Source: Nitrospirota bacterium (lineage in GTDB: Bacteria; Nitrospirota; Nitrospiria; Nitrospirales; Nitrospiraceae). Taken from it: a DNA stretch of 64,000 nt. The stretch covers positions 1 to 64,000 of the forward strand of contig CAVPGK010000012.1 in NCBI GenBank assembly GCA_963703955.1. The letters run 5' to 3'. Positions 21,101 to 31,734 of this stretch are shown here, one piece after another (within the stretch, counting starts at the first letter, position 1; every line of letters begins with the position of its first letter). The position numbers and the translations under genes are program-made. The notes beneath the pieces were generated by a model. The model was not told the DNA's origin and did not search any database. It saw only the letters and a program-made list of their open reading frames with translations.

Positions 21101-24100
21101 CGTGCCGGCAACGGTCAACGGCGCCGCTCTGCGTGAGGGCGCCGGTGGTCGTGACCCCCAAGGTGCCGCTCACCGTGGACGCGCCCAGGTTCAGCGCAGT
21201 GGCATCCGTCAGGCTCACGTTGTTGCCGCTGGTGATCCCCACCGTGCTGAAGTTGTTGGCGGCGTTATTGAGGGTGATGTTGTTGGCCGCCCCCGCCGCC
21301 AGCGTGGTCACGCCGGTGACGGTCAGCGCGCCGCTCTGCGTCAACGCACCGGCGGTCGTCACCCCTAAGGTGCCACTCACCGTGGAGGCGCCCAGGATCC
21401 AGGGCAGTGGCATCCGTGAGCAGCACGTTATTGCCGCTGGTGATCCCGACCGTGCTGAAGTTATTGCCAGCATTATTCAGGGTAATGTTATTGGCTGCCC
21501 CGGCCGCCAGCGTGGTGGTGCCCGTCACGGTGAGCGCGCCGCTCTGCGTGAGCGGCCCCATTGGTCACACCCAAGGTGCCCGACACGGTCGAGGCGCCCA
21601 GGATCAGGGCGTTGGCGTCGGTCAGAGTTGACGTTGTTGCCGCGTCGTGACCGCAACCGTGCTGAAGTTATTCGCCGCATTGGTCAGGGTGATGTTGTTG
21701 GCCGCGCCCGCCGCCAGAGTGGTCGTCCCGGTGACGGTGAGCGCCCCGCTCTGGGTCAGCGCGCCGGTGGTCGTCACGTTCAGGGTGCCTGACACAGTCG
21801 AGGCGCCCAGGATCAACGCATTGGTGTCGTTCAGCGTGACATTGTTGCCGCTGGTGACCGACACCGCGCCGGTGAAGTTGTTGGCGTTGTCCAGGGTGAT
21901 ATTGTTCGCGCCTGCTGTCAGGGTCGTGGTGCCTGGGACGATCAGGTTCCCGCTGTCGGTGATTGCTCCGCCCGCGGTGATGTTCAAGTTTCCACCGGCG
22001 GTCAGGGTGAGGGCCGGCAATGCTACCGGTGCGTTGTCAAACGTCAGCGTCAGGTTGCGCAGGTTGGTGAGGCCGGCGAGGGCCGGCACCGTCGCCCCCG
22101 CGTTGAGGTTGCGCAACCCCACATCGCGAAGATTGGCCGGGACGCCGCCGAACGACACCGCGCCCGTGAAGTTGTTAGCCTGAGTGTCGAGGAGGATATC
22201 GGAATTGGCGACCGTGCTAGCGAGCGTGGTCGCGCCGGCCACGGTCAGCACGCCAGACTGGGTCAACGCCCCAGTGGTGGTGACCCCGAGGGTGCCGCTC
22301 ACGGTGGAGGCGCCCAGGATCAAGGCGTTCGCGTCGGTCAGCGCCACATTGTTGCCGCTCGTGATGCCGACGGTCGAGAAGTTATTGCCGGCATTATTCA
22401 AGGTAATGTTGTTGGCGGCCCCGGCGCGCGAGCGTGGTCATGCCGGTCACCGTCAGGGCGCCACTCTGGGTGAGCGCCCCGCCGGTGGTCACACCCAGGG
22501 TGCCCGAGACGGTGGAGGCGCCCAGGATCAGGGCGTTGGTGTCGGTCAACGCGACATTGTTCCCACTGGTGATGCCCACCGTGCTGAAGTTGTTGGCGTT
22601 GTCCAGGGTGATGTTGTTGGCGGCCCCCGCGGCCAGCGTGGTCGTCCCGGTGACGATCAGCGCGCCGCTGTCTGGTGATCGCCCCGTTGGTGGTGACGTT
22701 CAGGGTCCCCGCCACCGTCGAGGCGCCCAGGTTGATGGCATTGGTGTCCACCAGCGTCACGTTGTTGCCGCTGGTGACCGCACCGGGGTGAAATTGTTGG
22801 CGTTGTCCAGGGTGATGTTGTTGGCCGCGCCAGCGGCCAGGGTCGTGGTGCCGGGACGACCAGCTCCCGCTGTCGGTGATCGCCCCGCGCGGTGATGACC
22901 ACAGGTGCCACCGGCGGTCAGGGTGAGGGCCGGCAGGTCGATCGTGCGTTGTCAAACGTCAGCGTCAGGTTCGCAGTTGGTGGCCCGGAAGGACCGGCAC
23001 GGTTGGCGGCATTCACGTTGCGCAGTTGGACATCCCGGATGTTGGCTGGCCCGCCAAGACCGCGCCGAAGTTGTTGGCCTGGTGCCGAGGAGTACATCGG
23101 TGTTAGCGGCCGCTCTGCAGTGAAGTTGGGTCGTCCCAGTGACGGCGAGTGCACCAGTCTGTGGTTAGGCCCCGCCGGTCGTGACGGACAAGGTGCCAGC
23201 GGACGGTGGAGGCCGCCAGATCAGGGCATTGGCATCCGTCAGCGCCGACGGTGTTCGCCGCTGGCGATCGCCCACGGTGGTGAAGTTGTTGGCCGCATTG
23301 TTCAAGGTGATGTTGCTGGCGGCGCCGGCCGCGAGGGTGGTAGTGCCGGTGACGGTCAGGGCGCCGCTCTGAGTCAGGGCCCCGGCGGTGGTCACGCTCA
23401 ACGCGCCGGAGACGGTGGAGGCGCCCAAGATCGAGTGCATTGGTGTCGCGCCAGGATCACGTTGTTGCCGGTGGTGATCCCGACCGTGCGAAGTTGTTGG
23501 CGTTGTTCAGGGTGATGTTGTTGGCGGCCCCGGCCGCCAGGGTGGTGGTGCCGGTGACGGTCAGGGCGCCGCTCTGAGTCATCGCCCCGTTGGTGGTCAC
23601 GCCCAAGGTGCCGCTGATGGTGGAGGCGGCGAGATCGAGCGCATTCGTATCGTGAGCGCCACATTATTGCCGCTGGTGATGCCCACCGTGGTGAAGTCGT
23701 TCCCCGCATTGTTCAAGGTGATATTGTTGGCCGCCCCGGCCGCCAGGGTCGTTGCACCGGTCACCGTGAGCGGGGCCCCACTCTGGGTGAGGGCGCCGGC
23801 CGTGGTCACGTTGAACGTCCCGGAGACGGTCGAGACCCCCAGGTGAGCGCGTTCGCATCACGTAAATTGACGTTGTTGCCGCTGGTGATACCCACCGTGC
23901 TGAAGTTGTTCCCGGCATTATTCAAGGTGATGTTGTTGGCGGCCCCCGCGGCCAAGGTGGTCGTGCCGGTCACGGTGAGCGCGCCAGTCTGTGTCAAGGC
24001 ACCGTTCGTCGTCACCCCTAACGTGCCGGACACGGTGGAGGCCGCGAGGTTCAACGCAGTGGAATCTGTGAGCAGGACATTGCTGCCGCTGGTGATACCG

Positions 24101-26745
24101 ACGGTGCTGAAGGTGTTCCCGGCATTATTCAAGGTGATGTTGTTGGCGGCCCCGGCTGCGAGGGTCGTGGTCCCGGTGACGTTCAGTGCGCCGGACTGTG
24201 TGATCGCTCCCGCGCTCGTGACGCCCAAGGTGCCGCTGATCGTCGAGGCCCCCAGATCAATCGCGTTCGTATCTACCAACGTCACATTATTGCCGCTGGT
24301 GACCGAGACGGCGCCGGTAAAGTTATTGGCATTATTCAGCGTAATGTTGTTGACGGCGCCGGCAGCCAATGTCGTCGTGCCGGCCACGACCAGATTTCCG
24401 CTGTCAGTGATCGCACCGTTCGCCGTGACGTTCAGGTTGCCTGACACGGTAGAGACGGAAAAATTCAGTGCCGTGGAATCCTGCAATGTGACGTTGTTAC
24501 CGCTAGTGATCCCGACATTGCCCCCCAAGACGTTTCCGGGATTGTTGAGCGTAATGTCATTGGCAGCTCCGGACGTGAGGGTGGTGGCACCGGTCACCGA
24601 GAGGGCGCCGCTCTGCGTCAGGGCCCCGGCGGTCGTCACATTCAAGGTTCCGGAGATGGTCGAGGCCCCCAGGACCAGGGCATTGGTGTCGTTCAACGTG
24701 ACGTTGTTGCCGCTCGTGATCGAAACGGCGCCCGTGAAGTTGTTGGCGTTGTTCAACGTGATGTTGTTGGCGGCCAGGGTTGTGGCCCCCGTGACGCTCA
24801 AGGTGCCGCTATCAGTAATATTGCCACCGGTGGTCACATTCAAGTTCCCGCTGACGGTGGACGCCCCGAGAACCAAGGCGTTGGTATCACGTACGGTCAC
24901 ATTATTTCCGCTAGTGATGGCAACGGTGCCAAAGTTGTTCGCCGCGTTGTTCAGGGTAGCGTCATTGGCAGCTCCCGCGTTGATGGTTGTGGCTCCCGAA
25001 GAGGTCACAGTCCCAGTCAGATTGATGCTACCGGCGCCACCCGCGTTGGTGCCAAGCGTAAGATTGAGCGCGCCGGACCCAGAGCTGATGTTGCCAGCTC
25101 CAGTGATGCTACCGGCTCCTGCCGCCCTCCCCGCGCCTGCGCCCGCATCGTTCGCTGTGAGGGAAATAGCAGCGTTGGTCGTGCTGATATTTGCATTAAT
25201 ATTGATGTTGCGTCCGGCCTGCATCGTCAAGGTCCTGCCGTTATTGGTCTTGGCGATAGCATTAGTGACCGTAATGTCGTTGTTCGCTTGCAACGTAATA
25301 TTGGCATTTGCATTAAGAGTGGCAGGACTAATGGTGCAGCCGCCCACGACGCAATCGGGATCAGTGAATTGATCGACCTGACCTGTCGTTGCAGTGCCGC
25401 CCGTGGCGACCGTGATATTGGTTGGGTCGAGCAGCAGCGTGCCCATGGTTCCGTTTGCGGCCTGTGTGTCAACCTGACCTGAGAAGGCGAGATTGTCATG
25501 ACCCGATATTTCGATCTGGCCGCCGTTGCCACCGAGCGCACCACCTCTTGCCAGAATGGTGCCCCCGAACGTCGTATTCCTGTCCGACCAGATCACCACA
25601 TTTCCGGCGCCGGAATTGTTGCCTCCTGACGTATCGATCAGGCTGTCACTGGTTACCAATGTTTTGCCGGTTGACGTGATGAGGACCCGGCCGCCTTGGG
25701 CATCGGCTGCGCCTCTCGCAAGGATCATCCCGGCTACTCCTACCAGTTCCCCGGAGATCGTCACTTCCCCTTGTGCGGCTCCTCCTTCCGCTGCAGAGAC
25801 GTCCAACGTTCCGGTATTCAGCACCTTGCCTTCAGCGTTCTGTACCTTGCCCATATTGTTCTGCCAGCCGAGCGTACCTGTGTTGGCCACCGGATCGGAG
25901 CCTTCCAGACGAATGACTCCGCCTCGGTTCACCAGGCTTCGCGCTTCGATCACACCTGACTGATTGATGACCGAGGAAAACACATCGGAGGCCGCCCTGG
26001 CCGACAACAGAACCTGACCGCCATCGGCCTGAATCGTTCCGCTATTGCTGACCGCCGATGAAAGTGGTTTTCCATCGGGCCCTTTCACCTGTTCAAGGAC
26101 TTTGCCGTCGATGGCATAGGTGATGAGACCATCGCCCATAAAATCCACCATCAACTTCTCTCCAGACCCGAGCGCCACCTTGCCGAGATTGGCAACAATC
26201 AACCCTTCATTGGAGACGGCCGGGGCAACCAGTAACACAAACCCGTTGTCTGAGACGTGAATCTGTCCTTTATTAATGACGTAGGACAGGGCTTTGGTCG
26301 GATCTTGGGCAAAGGAGAACTTGCCGGCCATGAAATCACTATCCTTGATGTTGAAGGTCGTGGCCAAAAGCCCGGCGGTGTTGACCACTGCGCTCGATCC
26401 GAACAGAATTCCGTTCGGGTTGATCAGGAACACCCGGCCGTTGGCGAGAAGTTGACCCATAATCGCGGATGGGTCACCCCCGACAACTCGATTCAGCGCA
26501 ATCGAACCGGCATTCGGTTGGACAAACTTCACCAATTCATCCGCACCGATGTTAAATCCTCTCCAATTGATAATGGCTTTATCGGTTGCCTGATTAATGT
26601 GGAGTGTCTGAGCTGTGGGTTGACTGATCGTCGCGCTGCCGCCCGCCACTTGCCCCTCATTGGGAAGAGCCCACGCGAATGGTCCAAAACACAAGTGAAG
26701 GTATGAGAACAGCACTACGTAGGTCAGCGCGTGGCGTGTACGCAT
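18183..26745 (-). CDS. Giant TpsA (filamentous haemagglutinin family) exoprotein, ~2,850 aa, with C-terminal Pal/OmpA-like domain; many frameshifts at 20.2-23.85 kb
   Basis: Signal peptide ending AWA-LP; TPS domain (INWRGFNI, ANGRVFLINPNGILFG); G/T/N/A-rich repeats in all fragments; the last ORF ends in [22 protein letters not shown]...SYGKERP...NRR. Confidence 0.88.
19560..25020 (-). repeat. Imperfect ~207-bp (69-aa) tandem repeats within tpsA, roughly 20 copies
   Basis: Unit NxFSTVGITSGNNVxLxDTNALxLGASTVSGTLxVTTxGALTQSGALxVTGTTTLAAGAANNITLNNAx; spacing is 207 bp between the 20081 and 19874 copies. Confidence 0.9.
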
Positions 26746-26746
26746 G

Positions 26747-28387
26747 TTAGAACCTTGCCGTGACCTGGATATAAAAAGTTGGAGAGCTGCCACCGCTGAT
26801 CGACCCACCTCTTGCCTTGGGCGGGTCTAATGGGAATCCCACGTCAAACCGAACGGCAGACTCGTAATATGGCAAGTTCACCCTTAGACCTGGACCTGCA
26901 CCGGTCAAGTACTGAGATCTTTGCTCCCCTATCTCCGGGCTCCGGACTCGAGCGCCGCCGTGATCGACAAATGCGACGAACTGCGCGTATTTCCAGACCG
27001 GCACGCGGAGCTCTGCGCTCACCGTATACCCATCGTCGCCGAGAAATTCGCCAAGCTGATACCCCCTGACGGAGTCGGCGCCGCCGAGAAGGAACTGTTC
27101 GATGATCGGTAAGGGCCCACCACTGATTTGGCCTGAACCCCTGAAGATCAGGAACACATCATCAACAAGATTCTGGATTCGACCGATCGACAGATCGGCT
27201 TTGGTAAATCGGTTATCGGCTCCCTGACGGGTGGCCATCGGATCGTCGTTGCTCATACCGCCCAGCAATTCACTCAAGCCTTGAAACCCGTACAGGGAAA
27301 GAAAGCTTCGACCGGTGAGGTCGGTCCGATCGTAATTCACTCCGAGCTTGATCATTCTGAGGTGATCCTCGCCCGTTACCTGCCCGAGCATGGAGAGCCG
27401 ATTGTCCTTGGACGCGAACCCCACTTCGGCTTGGAGATTTTGTAGGCGTGATCTTATGAAGGGATGCCCGACCGAAATGTCATACGTTCTGATTGTTCCG
27501 TTGATATTCAGCGCGGCGAGTTGCCCGCCGACATCGTATCGGCCGTCTGACCCGGAAAGAATCAGTTTGGTACCAAAACGGTTTAGAGGGATGGCATAGG
27601 AGCCGAGCACAAACGCGAGTCGGCTAGGATCTTCACCGATGATGCCGTTCACTTTGAGCAAGCTACCTTCGATCAGCGCATTTCCCACTTCAACACCTGC
27701 GCCAAAGCGGTTCCGCGAGATGGAGGGAATCCCGAAGTTGTTGTAATCAAGCGTGAGATGAATCGGACGTGTATCCTTGACCTTGGCAACAATGTCGGTG
27801 GTTCCAGGGGCCTGCCCCGGCTCAAGAGACGCCGCGACGTTCAAATTGGGATACTCGTTGAGGAGTAGGAGGGACTTTTCGAGAGACGTATGTCGGATCA
27901 CGCCATCTTTGAGGACCGGAGTGAACCTGCTTCTGATGAACCCGTCCGAGTAATGCCGGTTTCCTTCGACCTGTAACTCCCCGATTTTTCCCTCCAGGAT
28001 GGCAATTTCAACGAACCCGTCTCGAATTTCCTGTTCAGGCAAGTAGGCTTTTGCAACGGTGTAACCCTGGCTTCGATACTTCTGGGTGATCAGGTCGGCA
28101 ATTTTTTGTAATTCTGCCATTCCGACCGATTGCCCGATGTATGGCCTGACAATGGGTGACAGCTCTTGAATATCGATGACAGAATTTCCAGTTATCTTGA
28201 ACCCTTGAACTCTTATCTGATCGACGGTTTGTGTTTCTGTTTGAGAGGGGTCGTGTGACACGGTCGTCTCACTTTGAGCGTGAACCGGCGGCCACAACAG
28301 CAAGGCCAGTAGTGGTGAGATGAACCAAATGAACCGGCCTTTCTCGGTAGAACCTGCGAACCAAGCCTTTACCCTTTTTCCAACCAT
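26747..28387 (-). CDS. TpsB transporter (ShlB/FhaC/HecB family)
   Basis: POTRA signature (YRSQGYTVAKAYLPEQEI..G.VEIAILEG); GGADSVRGY loop motif; C-terminal ...ARF; stop lies immediately before the tpsA start. Confidence 0.92.
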   Translation of the reverse strand: MVGKRVKAWFAGSTEKGRFIWFISPLLALLLWPPVHAQSETTVSHDPSQTETQTVDQIRVQGFKITGNSVIDIQELSPIVRPYIGQSVGMAELQKIADLITQKYRSQGYTVAKAYLPEQEIRDGFVEIAILEGKIGELQVEGNRHYSDGFIRSRFTPVLKDGVIRHTSLEKSLLLLNEYPNLNVAASLEPGQAPGTTDIVAKVKDTRPIHLTLDYNNFGIPSISRNRFGAGVEVGNALIEGSLLKVNGIIGEDPSRLAFVLGSYAIPLNRFGTKLILSGSDGRYDVGGQLAALNINGTIRTYDISVGHPFIRSRLQNLQAEVGFASKDNRLSMLGQVTGEDHLRMIKLGVNYDRTDLTGRSFLSLYGFQGLSELLGGMSNDDPMATRQGADNRFTKADLSIGRIQNLVDDVFLIFRGSGQISGGPLPIIEQFLLGGADSVRGYQLGEFLGDDGYTVSAELRVPVWKYAQFVAFVDHGGARVRSPEIGEQRSQYLTGAGPGLRVNLPYYESAVRFDVGFPLDPPKARGGSISGGSSPTFYIQVTARF

Positions 28388-28592
28388 TGCGACCAAGACT
28401 GAGGCTCTTGGTCCGTCTCTCCAAAGCCCCACGCCAAACCCTTGCCAATAAAGGAACATCCGTTACGTAAAAGGTTATACGACATCCCAAGAGTGGTCCA
28501 ATTCTGGTCTCACTATTGAGAGAGCGGCACCCGATGGATCGGTCCAAGTCACGATTGAGCATTTACGAATCAAAACAGTAGGATAGGGATGC

Positions 28593-28602
28593 GGGGGGGG
28601 GG
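28593..28602. repeat. G10 homopolymer upstream of tpsB
   Basis: gcGGGGGGGGGGcg in the tpsB-yqgE intergenic region. Confidence 0.8.
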
Positions 28603-28681
28603 CGAAAAAGAGGGACACAGAGCAGACAGCTAGGCGGCTAGAGATAAACAGCAGAGGCAGGCAGTAGACGATACTTGGTGG

Positions 28682-29242
28682 CTAGTTTAGGCTGGGATCG
28701 GCAGGCATCTCCGCGTACAGATCGTATGGTTTGCCAAGTGATTTCATGATATCAGGCCAGATTTGAGAAGGTTCCTTCTGAAAGACAATCATTGAATCGG
28801 CAGGCAAGGCAATCCACGATCCGGTCTTCATCTCATTTTCCAGCTGGCCGGGTCCCCATCCGGAGTACCCCACATAGGCCCTGAAAAATTCGGAGCCTGA
28901 GGGCATTTGTAGGACTCGCTCGACTGCTTCCATATTTCCTCCCAGGTACACTCCATCGAACACATGATGCGTGTCGGTCGGCTCTTGGCTGAGGCGATAG
29001 AGAATCAAGACGTGATTGGGTTGGACCGGTCCTCCGGCAAACAGGACATGATGCTGCCCTTCGATGATAGGGACTTGAGGCAGCGCCTCGGAGATCAGCA
29101 TGGCCGTTGGTCGGTTCACCACAACACCGAGGGCTCCGTCCGGTCCGTGCTCGCACAGTAACACCACGGTCTGCCTGAAATTCGGATCACGCATTGCAGG
29201 CGAGGCGACGAGAAAGACCCCTTTGCCAAGTGAATTGCTCAT
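28682..29242 (-). CDS. yqgE: YqgE/AlgH family protein
   Basis: DPNFRQTVVLLCEH..GALGVVVNRP, GGPV and GYSGWGPGQLENE motifs. Confidence 0.9.
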   Translation of the reverse strand: MSNSLGKGVFLVASPAMRDPNFRQTVVLLCEHGPDGALGVVVNRPTAMLISEALPQVPIIEGQHHVLFAGGPVQPNHVLILYRLSQEPTDTHHVFDGVYLGGNMEAVERVLQMPSGSEFFRAYVGYSGWGPGQLENEMKTGSWIALPADSMIVFQKEPSQIWPDIMKSLGKPYDLYAEMPADPSLN

Positions 29243-29314
29243 TGGTGTTATGCTACCGCTTCTCAGCGACACGTTCAAGCGACCCGGTGTGTCCATGGAA
29301 ATGGGGGGCTTCGT

Positions 29315-30106
29315 TCAGGGCTGGTAGAAGTCTTTTCGGCGATCTTTGAAAAGATCGTTATAGGCATTCAACGACTTGTCACGGGCTTCGGTGGGATCAA
29401 TGTCGAGAATTGCCAGGTCTTCTCGATCGGAAGGCGCGCGATGAAGCACTCGTCCCCGAGGCGAGACAATTTCGCTTTTTCCGATATAGGTCAGACGATC
29501 TCTGCCACCCCTCTGCTCCGACCCGACTCGATTGGCCGTAATCGCGAAGACTCGATTCTCCAAGCATCGAGTCACCATGGCATCCGGACAATGAGGCAGA
29601 ACGAGATTCGACGGATGGCACAGAATGTCGGCGCCGCCGAGAGACAGCGTTCTGGCTGCTTCTGGATAGAACCAGTCGAAACAGATCATCACGCCGATCC
29701 TGGCTTTCCCGATATCCCACACCTGAAAACCGGTATCACCGGGCGAGAAGAACATCGTCTCTTCGTAAAACAAATGGGTCTTTCGATAGAGGCCATCGAA
29801 GCCTTGCGGGCCTACCAACACGGCAGAGTTGTACAAACACGACCCGGCTCTTTCCGGCAAGCCAGCGACTACATACGTGCCGTAATCGCGCGCCATTTCC
29901 ATCAACCGTTGTGTGGTCTGACCATTGGGAACCTCCTCGGCCAATGATTCCACTTCCTGCTTTGAAGTAAATTGATAGCCCGAAGCGAAGAACTCGGGTA
30001 GGACCATGAGATCACAGCGCTCCTGCGCCACGCGGGACATGACAATGTCCATGTTGCGCTTGACCTCGCCGAAGACCGGATTGAACTGGAAAAACCCGAC
30101 GCGCAT
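29315..30106 (-). CDS. Carbon-nitrogen hydrolase (nitrilase family)
   Basis: Catalytic triad motifs LPE, YRKTHL and ICFDW. Confidence 0.9.
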   Translation of the reverse strand: MRVGFFQFNPVFGEVKRNMDIVMSRVAQERCDLMVLPEFFASGYQFTSKQEVESLAEEVPNGQTTQRLMEMARDYGTYVVAGLPERAGSCLYNSAVLVGPQGFDGLYRKTHLFYEETMFFSPGDTGFQVWDIGKARIGVMICFDWFYPEAARTLSLGGADILCHPSNLVLPHCPDAMVTRCLENRVFAITANRVGSEQRGGRDRLTYIGKSEIVSPRGRVLHRAPSDREDLAILDIDPTEARDKSLNAYNDLFKDRRKDFYQP

Positions 30107-30116
30107 GATGAATACC

Positions 30117-30150
30117 AAACAAAAACGGGCAGGGATCCCCTGCCCGTTTT
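30117..30150 (-). terminator. Rho-independent terminator after smbP
   Basis: 13-bp perfect stem aaaacgggcaggg/ccctgcccgtttt with T-runs on both sides. Confidence 0.85.
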
Positions 30151-30172
30151 CCATCGATGGTTCGTAACGATC

Positions 30173-30529
30173 TTACTTCACTTCAGAAAGGTGCATTACC
30201 GCGCCCTCGGCGGCTTTCGTGGCCACATCGGCGTGTCCGGCCTTCCCGTGCTCCACTGCCTCCTTTAGCCCTTTTACCCCTTCATCCAGGTGCGGGTTCT
30301 TCATGTCTTTCTGCGCCGCCTCGGCATGCTTCAGCGCGCCCTCCGCATGCTTCACCAGCGCATCAGCGTGTCCCTGTTTCCCGTGCGCTACTGCTTCCTT
30401 TGCATGCTCGACCGCTTCGGAGACGTGCTTATTCTCCCCAGCCAGCGCAGGAACGCCAAGAAATGCCATGCTTAGGAACCAAGTCGCTGCACTCAAGATG
30501 ATTGCGCCGAGTAATGCTTTCTTGCCCAT
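30173..30529 (-). CDS. smbP: Small metal-binding protein SmbP
   Basis: Signal peptide then heptad His repeats (EAVEHAKEAVAHGKQGHADALVKHAEGALKHA), as in Nitrosomonas SmbP. Confidence 0.88.
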   Translation of the reverse strand: MGKKALLGAIILSAATWFLSMAFLGVPALAGENKHVSEAVEHAKEAVAHGKQGHADALVKHAEGALKHAEAAQKDMKNPHLDEGVKGLKEAVEHGKAGHADVATKAAEGAVMHLSEVK

Positions 30530-30684
30530 TGCAGACCTCCTTTAGGATGCGGTTAGAGTCCGTGGATCGATCTCTTTGAATGGTCTTTTGAGAACAGGCT
30601 CAGTAAAACGACGATAACATGCAATTTTTTTGAGTGTCAAGCAACCCGTCCTGCTTCCTCAACTAATTGTTAGGTACACAATTG

Positions 30685-31560
30685 CTACGATGGTCTCGGC
30701 TCATCCTGCCCGATGATCTTATGCAGAAGTCGAGCATCAGTCTCAACCGGCGCGGCGAAGTCGCGGCTCCATTCCCACCATGATCCTGGGTAATTTCTCA
30801 CCTTCTGATATCCCGCCAACTTCAACACGACATAGAGCCAGGCCGAGCGTACCCCACCCGTGCAGTAACAAACAATTTCCTGGGGCTCGTGAAGACCCTT
30901 CTCCTCCAGAGCGGTCTTCAACGCATCCAATTCTTTGACGGTCCCATCAGGATTCAGAAAGGCGTTCCACGGCACATTGACGGCGGAAGGGATATGGCCG
31001 GGCCGGGGTATTCCGGCAATCTCCTTGCCAACATACTCCTCGAGGCTCCGGGCATCGGCTAGCACAGTTTCAGGGTGTGGCCGCTTGACCAGTTTCTTGA
31101 GTTCATCCTTGAAGACGATCAATTCGGGTTTCGGCGACGCCTGAAAGAATCCGGGCTTGGCTTTTTCCGTTCCATGTGCATACCGTCGTTTCTCCGCCAC
31201 CCATGTGACCCATCCCCCGTCCAGGATTCGTACGTTCTGGAGGCCCAAGTATTCCAGCATCCAGAACATGCGCCCTTCATCTCCCCAATTATCGAAAGGG
31301 TTGGAATAGATGACGATATCGCTCTCATTGTTAATCCCCAGCGCTCGAATTTTCTGCTCTATTCGCCCCAAGTCGGGGTCCAGCAAGCCCTTGGCGACAG
31401 CGCTGGGATCGCTGAACTCATGCCACGTCGCATGGACCGCGCCTGGGATATGGCCACCGAACTCATAGGCCGCCTTGCCGCGGACGTCAATCACTACCAA
31501 TCCTGCCCGACCCAGATTCTGTTCAAGGGTTTGGGTGTCAATCAGGAGCGGATGTCGCAT
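30685..31560 (-). CDS. Tandem-domain sulfurtransferase (rhodanese family)
   Basis: Two GHIP motifs, ILDGG, active-site YCTGGVRS and YPGSWWEW. Confidence 0.9.
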   Translation of the reverse strand: MRHPLLIDTQTLEQNLGRAGLVVIDVRGKAAYEFGGHIPGAVHATWHEFSDPSAVAKGLLDPDLGRIEQKIRALGINNESDIVIYSNPFDNWGDEGRMFWMLEYLGLQNVRILDGGWVTWVAEKRRYAHGTEKAKPGFFQASPKPELIVFKDELKKLVKRPHPETVLADARSLEEYVGKEIAGIPRPGHIPSAVNVPWNAFLNPDGTVKELDALKTALEEKGLHEPQEIVCYCTGGVRSAWLYVVLKLAGYQKVRNYPGSWWEWSRDFAAPVETDARLLHKIIGQDEPRPS

Positions 31561-31734
31561 GAAGTATCCTTTCCCTCACCACCGCAATGAGTCAGCCCTG
31601 CAGGTGCAGATCAGTGGCGCATCTTCTGGTTCGGTGTAGAACAGATAGGTCACGCCCATCACAACGAGAAGGACTCCGATCATGACCGTTCTCTTTCTCT
31701 ACTGTTCGTAACCGGGTCAGTTGCCCCACTGCGA

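Noticed and set aside
19560..25020. Repeat array as CRISPR or non-coding satellite
   Set aside because: Units are ~207 bp, vary at synonymous positions and encode protein; no repeat-spacer pattern and no cas genes
18622..25372. Long plus-strand ORFs (635, 509, 235 aa, etc.)
   Set aside because: Antisense shadows of the repetitive tpsA; no independent motifs
31576..31683. 35-aa minus-strand ORF (MIGVLLVVMGVTYLFY...CTC) between the HDAC and sulfurtransferase genes
   Set aside because: Plausible single-TM peptide but too short to support without homologues
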